In this document: positions 48,835 to 60,877 of the stretch, one piece after another
Layout: each line of letters opens with the position of its first letter
How positions within the stretch are numbered: the first letter of the stretch is position 1
NCBI GenBank assembly: GCA_015680685.1
Contig: MNCI01002038.1
Location: forward strand, 376,638-440,637
Origin: Gnetum montanum
Taxonomy: Eukaryota; Plantae; Gnetophyta
DNA length: 64,000 nt
Reading direction: 5' to 3'
Notes under the pieces: generated by a model
Database searches by the model: none
What the model was told of the DNA's origin: nothing
What the model saw: only the letters and a program-made list of their open reading frames with translations
Program-made: the position numbers and the translations under genes

Positions 48835-51813
48835 CTTAGCATTACCCACTAGAATGAATCTATAACTTGGGATTTCCATGACAATGCTCTAACTACTAAG
48901 TATTTAAACACTTAATATCTTAACACATTTAATTCATTTTGCTAATGGAAAACATGAAAGTAAATATGATTACTAATAAATATAAACAATTCATATAAAA
49001 TAAACTACAAAAAGCATAAAACTAAGTTAAAGCACTGCAATATTAGGAATCAATATTAATCTTTATTGTCAAACTTGATTACATTTAGCCATACCTACTT
49101 GAATAAGATTCTAATAGCAAATAATAAATAAATGTTTTGGAAACTTGTTAACTTACTAAATTTTTTTAAAAGTAAACTAATAGAGTTTCATTAAGACTAG
49201 CTAAAATCTAATTGATTTCTTTGTCTGTGCATTTCATATATATCAATGAGGCTTATCACTATATCCATGTGTATGCATTCATGCAAATTGCCATCATATC
49301 TTATTAATGTAACACTTATGTGACTAATACCTATGTTGACACTTTTTGTAACATGTCATATTAGCTTGAATTTGACTAATATCCTTTACGTTGATTTCAT
49401 CATACCCCAATAAAAAACTTAAAATTCATCCTCAATTTTGCACAAAAAACTATATACTATTCAAAAAAATTGACTTTGACTCATTAACTAACAAAATTTG
49501 TAAGTGTTACATACAAAAATTTTTTAAGATGGTTATCCTTTTAAAAAAAATAATTACATCATGAAAAAATTAATTCAAACTTAGCATTGCCCACTAGAAT
49601 GAAACCTGTAACTTAAAGCTTTAAATCAAGAGTCTTACCACTAAGCTAATACCTCATTGTTTTATGGATCAATAAATTGTATACCTAGGAGCATACTCTT
49701 TATTCTAATCCTAACTAGGTTCACAAAATGGTGAAATAAATGCTATTTTTAAAAACTTTAAAAAATATTAAAAAAAAACTAATTCAAGGCAAACTATTTA
49801 ACTACTTGCTGAGCATGCACCATGTCTTCCAAATTTGTTTAACCATTAAAGAACCAAGAATAGAGATGACTTAAGAAAAAGGAAAACAACAAATAAAATT
49901 ATTAAAAGACCAACTGTTATCAATTTGATGTTTCCTTGCATAATTCTATTTTTATTATCCTATTTCTTTTTTATTTTCTTGTTTCTTGTTTAATTTCTAT
50001 TTTTAGATTTGATATATAGGTAAATAAATCTTTTTAGATTATATATTTTGAGAGTAAGTGTTTTCCCTACCTTAACTTTAATAATTAGTGCACAAGATCC
50101 ACACAATATAAGTTTGATTAAGACTTGTAATTGATAGTACATAGACTCCAAATTCATATTTTAGTACTGTAATATAATGAATTGTAAGTTAATGATATGA
50201 CAAATATCTTTTAAATTCTGAAATTTTTAATTGGTTGTATTAGTGCAATATGAACAAGAGGAATCTCAAACATAACCTAAAAGGAGATTTTAAAGTATTA
50301 GAGCATGGAGAAAGATCTTAATGCAAACCTATCCCTATTGACAAATGGATATCATCTATTAAATGCTATAACACATTGTAATTGTTGTAAAGACCCTTAA
50401 TGAAAAGACATGTTATAATCATGGGACATATCTCTTAAAAGAACCTTTTGGGATTTGACTTGAGGTATTTATATTGATAATTTAGAGGCATCCTAGAATG
50501 GATTTATGAAGGAAACATGGAAAGTGATGGGTAATTGGATAGCAAGGATAAAAATGGATTTTTCTATCTATTTTGGCTTGGATTTTTAGTCTAACTATGA
50601 TGACAATGCTAGATTGCCTTTAAGAGCTAAATATTAAAAGATCCTAGAGAACATAACCTTAAAACACTCATTTACTTTAAATTTCATCATTAATGAAGTT
50701 ACTATCCTTTTCCTTCTACATTTTTCCTTATGTTACCTTTGAATGCATAATGTTAAGTGTAAGTAAACTTGAAATTTATCATGATATCAAAAAATGGTAA
50801 GTCAAAAATTTAATTTTTAAACAAATATATTCCATGATAACAATATCAAGTCATACGTTCTAATTAAACAAGTTATTGGCTAAACCCTTGAAATTTATAT
50901 AGTGCCAAAGAAACTTAAGAAAGTAGTAGCATATGTTTGAAACTAAAAGAATCATCACCTATAGGATCAATGGTTATCCTACTAAGGTGAAGTCCTAGGA
51001 GGGCCAACGGATGAGTGAAAACTTAATCTCTTTTAAGTGGCTATGCCCAAGCTCAAATCTAGATCTTATGACTTGAAATATAAGTACTTTAATATCAATT
51101 CAAGTAGCAGTCCCTAATAGCATATGCTTAAAACTAACATCCTCAAAGTTTTATTAATGAAGTGAAGGGTTTGTGGAGCTCTAAAAAATCAAAATGTGAT
51201 ATTTTATAATTTCTTATTAATAAATCATAAGAAGTCCAACACCCCAAACACCAAGCAATATAATTTCTCTTTGGGAGTGGGGAATAGGGGGAGAAGGGTT
51301 CTTATTAAACCCAAAATTAAATTTAAAACTTAAAAAAAAATTAATAAAATTTATCTATAAGATATATAGTCAAATTAGAACTTTATAACTTAACATTATC
51401 AACTAGAATCAAGCCCATAACTTGAAGCTTTCAAATTAGAGTCTTACCACTAGATTAACAATTCAATTGCATGTAGCCCCTATGCATCATGAAATTTTTA
51501 TAAAACTTAACGCAAAACATATTAGTATGTCAAGTGATAGAGCCTCTTGTATCTTGGGGGTGTTGGAATCCTAAAATAATTGTAATATAGGTATATCCCA
51601 AGATGTATAATTTAATTAGAACTTTATAACTTAACATTGTCCACTAGATTCTCTTGTATCTTGGGGGTGTTGGAATCCTAAAATAATTGTAATATAGGTA
51701 TATCCCAAGATGTATAATTTAATTAGAACTTTATAACTTAACATTGTCCACTAGAATCGAACCCATGACTTAGAGCTTTTAAATCAAGAGTTTTACTATT
51801 AGGTTAACACCTC
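48835..51813 (-). mobile_element. Cluster of four tRNA-derived SINE-like heads (~48835-48905, 49580-49655, 51389-51464, 51737-51813)
   Basis: Mutually similar ~75-bp units; on the minus strand an A-box TAGCTTAGTGG (49.6-kb copy) and a B-box GGTTCGATTC (51.7-kb copy) at tRNA-like spacing. Confidence 0.6.
51544..51755. repeat. Exact tandem duplication, 107-bp period
   Basis: 51544-51648 is identical to 51651-51755. Confidence 0.85.
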
Positions 51814-51913
51814 ATTTTTATGGGTTATGGGTTTAAATCCCATCATACTCACACAATACTTGACCACTCTCAGAAGAAAAAAGCATGCTTATCAAAATTA
51901 AACATGTGACTTG

Positions 51914-53561
51914 TGTAGTGACCGAAAACATCGGGGGTTGGAATGGGACACCGAGAGGTTCACGGTTGCATAGTCTTGACCTTGCTTTCACACGAGGGCC
52001 TACTAGGAATGAGGCGGGATGCCCAGGATGGTCTTGTCAATCAAACTAGGACTTACAAGTGTTACAACAGAATGAGTGTTAAGGTGTTAATATGGTGTTT
52101 CGTGGTGTCTGCAGGTGTGATTGTAGTAGATGTTTTGGGTGCAAAAATGAGGGTGCAAACATGCAAAAATTTTCTTAAACAATGAAAAATTGAAAATAAA
52201 ATGCTAGAGAAAATGCAAAAAATGCACAGAACATGAGCAAGAGAGAGAATGACACCATCCCAAATGGGGGGAGGGGAGTGTAGTCAATTACAAAGAAAAG
52301 GTTTAGGAGGTACGCAGCATACAACAAGTGTAGTAGGTAAGTGTAGTCATAGTCTTAAGGTGTCTAGCTATGAAGAATTGATGTTGCCATAGAGTCTAAG
52401 CCTACCAAGTTGGTTGTCGTAGTGTCCTACATGCTACGGTGGTGTACAATGTGCTAGGTGGTGTACAACAGTGCCTCGGTGTCCCAAGGTTTGTCAAGAT
52501 GCCAAGTGTGCTCAGGTGCTAGGGTATTGAGAAAGCGAGTTTGCTAGTTGAATGTTTGAAAATGCCAACCCCTAAAATGTGAAGCACGGGGGTATTTATA
52601 GGCTTAGGATTAGCATGAACTATAGATTGGGTGGCATGTGGTAGAGGGGTAGTTGGAACTACGCTAGCCCCAACTACGCTCCCAAACAAATGGTGTTCTA
52701 CTGGTGTGCTCTAATGGACCCCATGAAACTACTAGACTATGACTACACTACCGAGACTGCATGTGCAAGTGCCAAGCAAAGTACCTGAAAATAGTATAAA
52801 ATGGTGAAATTTGGAGACTAAGCTTTGATACTACACTACCCACTCTCTCAAGTGGTGTCGAGTGTAGGTACAATTTAGGGGGAAATGGGGGATGCAAATG
52901 AAATGCAAATTGCTAATCTTGCTTACCAAAGGAATGTTAGATTTGAAATGTAGGTTGATGCTAAGTTCTAGAAGCTTTTGAAGGTAGTTTCGATAGACTA
53001 CACTAACTACACTCTAGAGCATAGCCCTGGGAGCTAGGAAAATCTTGCCAAAAAATGATGCTCTATGCAAGCTATGTTAGCTATGCTCTAAAGTGTAGTC
53101 CTAGAAGTGAGAGCGTAGCCCTGATACTTAGAAAAATCTGGTGAAGATGACATGCCCATGTAGACTATGCTAACTATCCTCTAGAGCATAGTAGGGAGTG
53201 TAGGCTTGAGAGTTAGAAAATCTGCCAAACTATTTTTTCCATCTCATACATGCTTAGCAGCCTCTAACTTGACACTTAGGAAAATTTGCAAAACTGGTCA
53301 TTCCAAGATTGACTACAATCTAGAGCATAGTTTTGGTAGGGTGAGCATAGCTAGGACACTTAGAAAAATTTGTAGTTGCTATTGACACTTAGAAAAATTT
53401 TGTAAATCTGGACTTTTAGCGTCAACTACGCTAACTACGTTGTAGAGCATAGTTCCAATAGTGGGAGCATATTCTCAACACTTTAGAAAACATTTTTCAA
53501 GCTTTGACACTTAGACAAATCTATAGTTGAGACCTAAGAGCCCAAATTTGATGGTGTTTCA
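51914..53561 (-). repeat. 3' LTR of Tat copy 3
   Basis: TGAAACACC...CACTACA on minus; direct repeat of 60878-62535. Confidence 0.9.
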
Positions 53562-54919
53562 TTGGTTCCTCTTTGTTGATGTCTAGAGGAGTGGCTCGAG
53601 AGACATCGATAAAGAATGCAAAACACCATAATGGGCCTAGCATAACATCAACTGAGCATCACTTTATCATGCTCAAGAGTGCTAAAGATAATGGTATGTT
53701 AAGGATAAAGCATGTAGGGAATGTGTTAAGGGATGACAAGGGAATGAGATGCAAATAATGTATACTACTGCAAGATCTAGAGTCAACATGGCTGATGAGG
53801 ATCATGGCACCAAGGTGGCTTATTGCCAAAATAGTGACCCCTCATCAGAGTGCTTGTGAGAGAGTCAGCATCCATGGCACCAAAGTAGTTTATCCCTAAA
53901 ATTATGACCTCTCATTTGAGTGCTTGTGAGAAGGTCGATGCAAATTTAGGGTTGGACTAGTTGCAAAATTGCAGCTCTACTAGTTGTGCTTAGGGACTTG
54001 TTTTGCCCCATTTTTTTATGAATGTGAGGTGAACCTGCTTTGGATTCTGCACATTGCAAAATGCTAGCTGGGGGATGCTTTTCATCAGATGGGTTACATG
54101 CAACCTAATGGGCTTTACTTTAGTGCAACCATGTCACATCTATAGGACATGTGTTTCCTCCTCGAGATGAGTTGCATTACATCCACTTGGGCTTTGACTA
54201 GCCCATAGAGGCTCCCCATAGGATGAGGATGAGTTGTGTTACATCTACTATGGGTTCTACAATTGACATAAAGAGAGTGCCATGTGCATTGATAGGGTTA
54301 CAAGCTCGGTGATGCAAAGGGAAGTAGGGAAATGCAAGGTAAAATAGATAAACATGAGTAGGCAAGAGGGTTGCCAAAGCAGTGGCAACGAGAACAACAG
54401 AGATAGCCCCTCCTTAAGCTAAGGAGGAGGAGGCACCTAGGAAGAAGTTGCACAAGGTCATGGAGGCCTTCTAGTAGTTTTATGTAGAGGGGTTGTTCCA
54501 CCCTAATGAGGGTGATTTTTCCAACCTCTTTGATGTGTGTAGCTAGGAGATCCCCCTGCTCTCACACTTGAGGGCTTGCTTGGTAAGCACTTTAAGTTGC
54601 CATCTATTTTTGCTCTTTTTCTCTTGCATGTTTGGCTATTTAGTTGTTGCTAAATATTGCATCATGTTGGGTTACAACTTCAGATATCCTTACCAGCAAT
54701 CCACTAACTGCACCTACCCACTACATGAAGTCGTTGGTGGAGACGCCAAATAAACTTGCCTTCATGAAAGGCATAGTTGAGGACATGGTGGACCGCATAT
54801 AGTAGGTGGATTCTGAGCTTGATATATGTGTTGTTTTGCTTGCATTGCTTTACTAATTTTACGCTTAGTCTATGGCTAATGTTGATTTTCTTGTTGCATG
54901 CCAACAATTTCTAAGTTCT

Positions 54920-55915
54920 GCTGGGATCCGAACTAGGTGGCCAAAGCAGATGTCATCCCTGAGTATCCACTTGAAGTTGAGCAAGTGCCTTGCCATGTGT
55001 ATGAGGTAGCTAGCAAGTGCACACTTTCTAGTGTAAAAGCATTATGAAGCTGCAAGTGCTCGAACAAGCACCTGTGGAAATGCATGCATGAGCTTCAAGA
55101 GACGATGGTAAGTCAAAATGAGAAGATCAAGGACCTTCAATTCTGATATGATTTTTTGTTAGCTTGAGCATGGGGATATGGTACTTGGTGGACCATAGAG
55201 ATCGATTATGTTAGGTACTGGTTGACGATCTAGGACAAGAATGAGGCCACTTGGGAGGTCATCGAACAAAGGCTACAGATGGACCTACCTACCTGGAAGG
55301 GCCAAAGAGCTTCAACGCTAAGGTGTGCAAGTGGGGGCACATGCAGAAGGACCACAAGCGCCACTACAAGCATGAGCAAGATGTATATCTATAGCAACTC
55401 AAAGATAAGTATATCAAATCTTACCACCTTGAGTTGTTTTTTGAGGTAATTAGTGGAAGTTGGGCTTTCGAGATATTCACTTGCCACACAGTAGTTAGTG
55501 GTTCTCCTAAGTAGGAGATTGCTATGCCTTTAGGAAAGACTTTGTCTACCACCTTTTCGATGCAGCCATCCGCATGGATTGCTATGAATGAAGGTAAGAC
55601 CTTTGCAGGTGTTGACTTTGGCCAAGAAGACTGGATGTGGCTATTAGAGGTTGAGATCCTTTGATGCTTGGAGGAGGGCCCTAATACAATACCTCCAAAC
55701 ATGATCAATGTGGAACCCTCTCAGGTTAGATCTTTTATGTTACTTTTTATACTTTTTTCTATTAGTTGTATTATGTACACTTGCTTACAATCTTTTATGT
55801 TTTGTCGTTGCTACTAATGGGCACCAAGTGATGCTACAAGCCCTAGTGGCACAATGGAAGAAGAGGAGCCTCCACCCCCACCTAGCACCATCGGTTATGC
55901 AAATCCTGATGTAGC
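54920..55915 (+). pseudogene. Antisense spliced gene remnant of unknown function inside Tat copy 3
   Basis: About 220 codons (55063-55724) broken only by TAG/TGA and one frameshift, ending CAG|GTTAG; then an AT-rich intron and an acidic/Pro-rich last exon (APSDATSPSGTMEEEEPPPPPSTIGYANPDV). Confidence 0.55.
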
Positions 55916-56097
55916 CCTATCATTGGGAATTTTTGTATTTTTTTGGTATTTTTGCTATATGATATAGAGGATGCAACAAGTTATATATTTTTTTATGAAA
56001 TGGTATAGAAATTTTGTCATGTGGAGTGTATGATGAGTAGACTTTTGTGTTTATTTGTTGTGTGTTGCATGAATGATACGATAGATAATGCGATTGC

Positions 56098-56443
56098 TAG
56101 CTTTAGGCCATTTCAGGCTACACGTGTAGATAATGCTTTGATGGTTTTAGGCCATTTCGGGCCCCAACAATAGTTTTAGGCCATTTTGAGCCATGTGATA
56201 AAGGAAATTTGATTGCTAGTTTTAGGCTATGATGGACCATGCACTAGTTTAAGGCCTTTTTAGGCCATGCGACATAAGAGGAATTACTAGTTTTAGGCCA
56301 TGGTGGGCTGTATAGTAGTTTAAGTCCATTTTGAGCCATAGGATGCTAGTTTAAGGCCATGGTGGGCCATGCTTGGTAGTTTTGGACCATTCTAGGCCAT
56401 GCATTAAGGAAAGAAAGATTGCTAGTTTTAGGCCTTGGTGAGC
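56098..56443. repeat. Post-protease repeat array (~11 degenerate TAGTTT(A/T)AGGCCAT..GGCC units)
   Basis: Same unit as 557-640 and, reversed, 21147-21367. Confidence 0.85.
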
Positions 56444-56799
56444 TGTGATGTTTTGTAATCCTTGAACTTTATGATTTTTTATGCATTTTTCTATTTTTAT
56501 ATGTAAACTAACTACCAAAAGGTAATTAAGTGGGAATGTCAACTTAGTGAAAATGCACAAGGTGAAGAAATGAACACATGTAGAATAAACAATGCAAAAA
56601 GGAAAAATGCTAACAACCAAGCTGATGTCAAATGCAATCAAAATGCAAACAAGAAAAGCATGCAGAAGTGGGGTAGTTAGGGATCCAACACCTATTGGAT
56701 GAAGGGAATGCCTTAGTTGTGCAGTTGTTTCCTAATTTGGTGTGGGTTAGGAGGTCCATAGGGCCTAGAGGGTACAATATAGTACTTGTCCTAACCTTC

Positions 56800-59700
56800 A
56801 TCAACTAAGTTGAAGGGAAATTCTATCCACAAAGCATCTTTCAAAGGGTCAGGGGCTTTCATTGGCTCTTCAAGTTGGTCTACTTTGCATTTTCTGCCTT
56901 TGTCTTTCGTGGGAGGCATGTCATCAAGGAACACCACCTTTGACCCTTGTTCAACATCGATGTTGCTGACGGTTAGAGGGGTTGCATTGTCACTATGTCT
57001 AATAACCTCTCCACCTTCGTATGGAAGGTGGATCTCCTAATGAATTGATGAGGAGATAGCCCATAGTTGGGCTAACTAGGGCCTATCCAAGATCAAGTTG
57101 AAACCTAGCATCTCCTCAACCACTATGAATTCAGCAATGGTGGGGAATCATTCCCTTACCATGAAGGCTATCATGATAGTTCCTCTTATGACAACATGCA
57201 ACCCATTGAAGGACTTTAGGCAGGTTATCTTTGTTGGTTGAATCTAGTCAGCAAGAACAAGCTTGTTAACGACTATGTATGGGATGACATTGGTTGCTGC
57301 CCCATCGTTGACATGCATCCTATGGATCCTACATTCTTCCACATGGATGGTAATAAACATTGGCATAGTTATGACTTAACCCTTCTTAGGGTCCACCTTA
57401 ACTGCTTCATCATAAAATGCCAGGGGAGTTGAACTCGATTTTTATGCAGGGAGAGGCAACATCACAACGTGAATGGACTATTCATCCACTAGAATGTCCT
57501 TCGTGATAGGAATGGAGGTTAACATGCATACTAACACTTTATTATGGGCAAAGGAAGTCATTACCAGGTTGTACAAGCTTAGCATTATGTTTTTGTATTT
57601 TAAATCTTGCTTGACCTGGGTCAATGCATCAAGGAAATCTTTTCCATTGTCTACCTCTTTGTTGTTGGTGGCCTTCATCTCCTCCATTCGACTCAAGAGA
57701 TAAATCTCTCATAGAGGGGATTTGGGCCTTGCTTGCCTTGTTTACCATGGAGCTTTAGTGCTCCATTGTTGGTTGCTTGTTGCTAGAGCCTCAGTGCTCT
57801 ATTGTTGGTTGCTAGTTACTGTGGCCTCCTTAGTTGGTTGGGCCATTGGGATGGAAGACAAGGGGATATGCTTTGCTAGGCCTAATGCCCTTTGCTTCTA
57901 GTGTTGTTTGAGCATTTGATAAATGAGGTGCTTATTAGGCCTTCCAGTTTGTCATCTCGTTTGTTTATTGGCATTGCTTGTAGGACAGGGCCTTGGGTGA
58001 GTAGGGGTTGATGCATTGTTGACCATCGAACTCCCAACAAGCGGGGAATTTGCACGTTGCGACACCCTTAAGATGAAGGGTTTTTAGACTATTGTTGCTA
58101 CAATGTGCTTGGGGCCCTAACTACAAAGGGTGTTATGGATGCCCGAGGTGGTGCTCTAATGACAAAAGGGATCCTTAGACTAGCTGATGTTGAGGAGGCC
58201 CTAGGGTTACCCAAGGATGCATGAACCATGAATGGTTCTTGTGCCAATGATGAGTCATCATCAACACTGATGGCATTGATGATGCATCCTACATGGCTTG
58301 TGTTGAGTGGATCCTTGTAAACCCTCTTTGATTGGTTTTGGGGGTACATTGGGTTGGTAGCATCAAGGAAAAACTCACCCTTGTCTATCATGTGTTGGAT
58401 ATCATCTTGCAAAGCTGTGCAGAAGTCTATATCATGACCTTACAATTTGTGATATTGGCAAAATCGGTCCAATCTGAAATGCTTAGGGACCAGAGGATTG
58501 TTAGGAAGTGCAGTTGAAGGATTTTTGAGGAGCTTGCAATATCGGTCATGCTACTTGCGAGCATCCTTGGACATTTTCTTATACTAGATGCATCCAACAT
58601 GAAGCACTTGCTCTAATAGCTCTGATCATTTGATGGGTAATGGTGTATACTTCAAGCGATCCTTGCATTTGAAGTTAGGCCTTGTGGTAGCTAGTGTCAT
58701 TACTGTTGATGATGTGGGCTAGTTGTTTTCCACTTTGCTAGAGCTAGCCACCTTATTATTGTTGGCTAAAGCCTTGGGTGGCTTGGCCGTTGGTTTAGCA
58801 TTGGCTATCTTAGCCTCATTGGCCACTGTCACAACAATTGTGATTGCCTATTTACCTTTGTCCTTGTCTTTCTCCTTCTTCATGTGTAGGTTTTTGTAGG
58901 CCACATAGGCCAAATCCTTGCTAGCCTCCACCACATCCTGAATGCGTTTGGTTTGAGCAAATGCTTAACTTAGGGATTGTAAGGCAAGGTAGTACAGCTT
59001 CAACTTGATAAAATCATTTATTGCACCTTTGAAGATGGCCAACAAGTGTGTCTCCACGATAGGCTCACAGATCTCATTGAGTGACATGCTCAACCACTAG
59101 ATGAATTTTTGCACAGGCTCTAAATGACCCTACTTTACTTACATCAACTAATCCAAGGTCACTTGAGGCTTCAAATCATATTTGAAGTGAATGAAAAATT
59201 GGGTAAGCAATCCCTCCAAAGAGGTGATGGAGGCCCTAGGAAGCATGTGGTACCAATCTAGTGCCTTTCCAGTTAGGGACATGGTGAACATGTAGATGAT
59301 GCCATTTGGCCATGCCTACAGTAAGAGGCATTCTGACCAAAAGGTCACTAGATGGAAGTTAGGATTTCCTTCACCATTGTATTTCATGAACTGTGGGAGT
59401 GGGACCCTTGTGGGTAGTGCTAGTGGTGGAACTATAGGACTAATTGGATTATCTTAATAGAAGTCCATCACATGGACGGTTTCTAAGGAGGTGTCCTTAA
59501 GCTACTTAACCTCCTTGGTAAGGCTTTGGATCAGCTGGAATGCTTGATCTAGGTTAGGTGCAGTTGTAGTGGCAAGCTACATGGGTTGTGCTGCTTGCTA
59601 TGGTTGTTGGATGGTCCACAACCCAACTCTGAGTTGCATGACCACATGTGATGCCTATTGCATGGGCTGTGCCATGGACATAACACTTGGGCCCCACCAT

Positions 59701-60400
59701 AGGTTCATGGGTTGGGTCATCATAAAGGGTGCCAGTGTGGTAGGCAGGTTGAACAATTCCTGAGTCATGTATGGTGGGTTAGGAACATGAATGGTGTGCA
59801 TGTAGGGTTGCGTAGGCATAATGGTTACTACTACAGAAGGCTAGATGATCTAAATAGGCTAAATCGACTAAATAGGCTAAATAGGTTGTGAAGGCTACAC
59901 AGGGATGGTGAAGGGCACATTAAAGGGAAGACTATAAGGTGGAGTAGCATCCTGGTGCATCTACAACATCTAGTGAGTTGCCACCATAGGTGTTGACCTA
60001 GGCAATGACACCAGGCTGCAGGATTGTGAAGGAATGAAAGTAAAGGATGTCTACTAGAATGATGCATGAAATGGGTTCTCATGCTTGGATTGAGCCTTGA
60101 ACTTTTCCAGCTCCTCTTGGAGGGGCTTCTTGTAGTTTGTCCCTTCCTCATAGCTCATGTTGTAGACGAGGTTGTCCAACATCCATTGGTAATCTTTCGT
60201 GAGCAGGACAAAGTCAAGATTGGAAGGGAGCCATTCTCTCCTGTCACGATACATGATTTCATAACTATTTTTGGCTTCCATTTCTTGGTGGTCTAAAGGA
60301 AAACCTGCCTAGAGTTTTTTTCAAACGAAGTTATACTATTCGTCATTGAGCACCATGACCTCAGGAGGCAAGCTGTGCTACCTAAGAGATTGCTTCTATG
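56800..60400 (-). pseudogene. Gag + protease of Tat copy 3, heavily degenerate
   Basis: DFLDALTQVKQDLKYKNIMLSLYNLV, MHVNDGAATNV, FTMSLTGKALDWY and QDDIQHMIDKG; homologous to copies 1 and 2. Confidence 0.85.
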
Positions 60401-60877
60401 CTAGGATAGGGCCCCCAATCCTAAGAAGGTTAATTTGTATTTCCCACTAAATAGGCTAGGCAACAACCGCATTTGGAGTAGAGGTTGAAGGCTATTCAGG
60501 ATTCATGGTGCAAAGGGAAATGCAAAAGGGTGCTTATGCAAAATAGAAAGAAAAATGACTAAGTGCTAAAATGCAGAAAATATCTAAGTATAAAAAATGC
60601 AGAAAAATGGATAACTGTAAATTTATTAAAAAAATGCTAACTCTAGTACTATGCTTAGAGCTTAATACACTCACTATGCTAGAGCTAGCTACGCTCTATT
60701 GAGAACCCAGAATTTGGTCGAGTGCAAGTTATGCACTTTGGTGTTGTTTAGTAGGCTTCTAGGGGAACCAACAATGGGGTCCAGTCTATACCAATAGTGC
60801 AGAGTTCACACAAGGTAACAACCAAGGGATGGTTGAAGAAGGAAATGATGAAGGTCCTCCTTCTAGTGCTAGAAATC

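Noticed and set aside
49580-49655. Possible functional tRNA gene
   Set aside because: No convincing acceptor or anticodon stems, and the copies are degenerate; treated as SINE-like.
47100-50700. Possible very old TE coding remnants (47.1-48.4 kb and 50.2-50.6 kb; also 36.7-37.2 kb and 62.6-63.1 kb)
   Set aside because: No diagnostic motif could be read with confidence; this needs a translated profile search.
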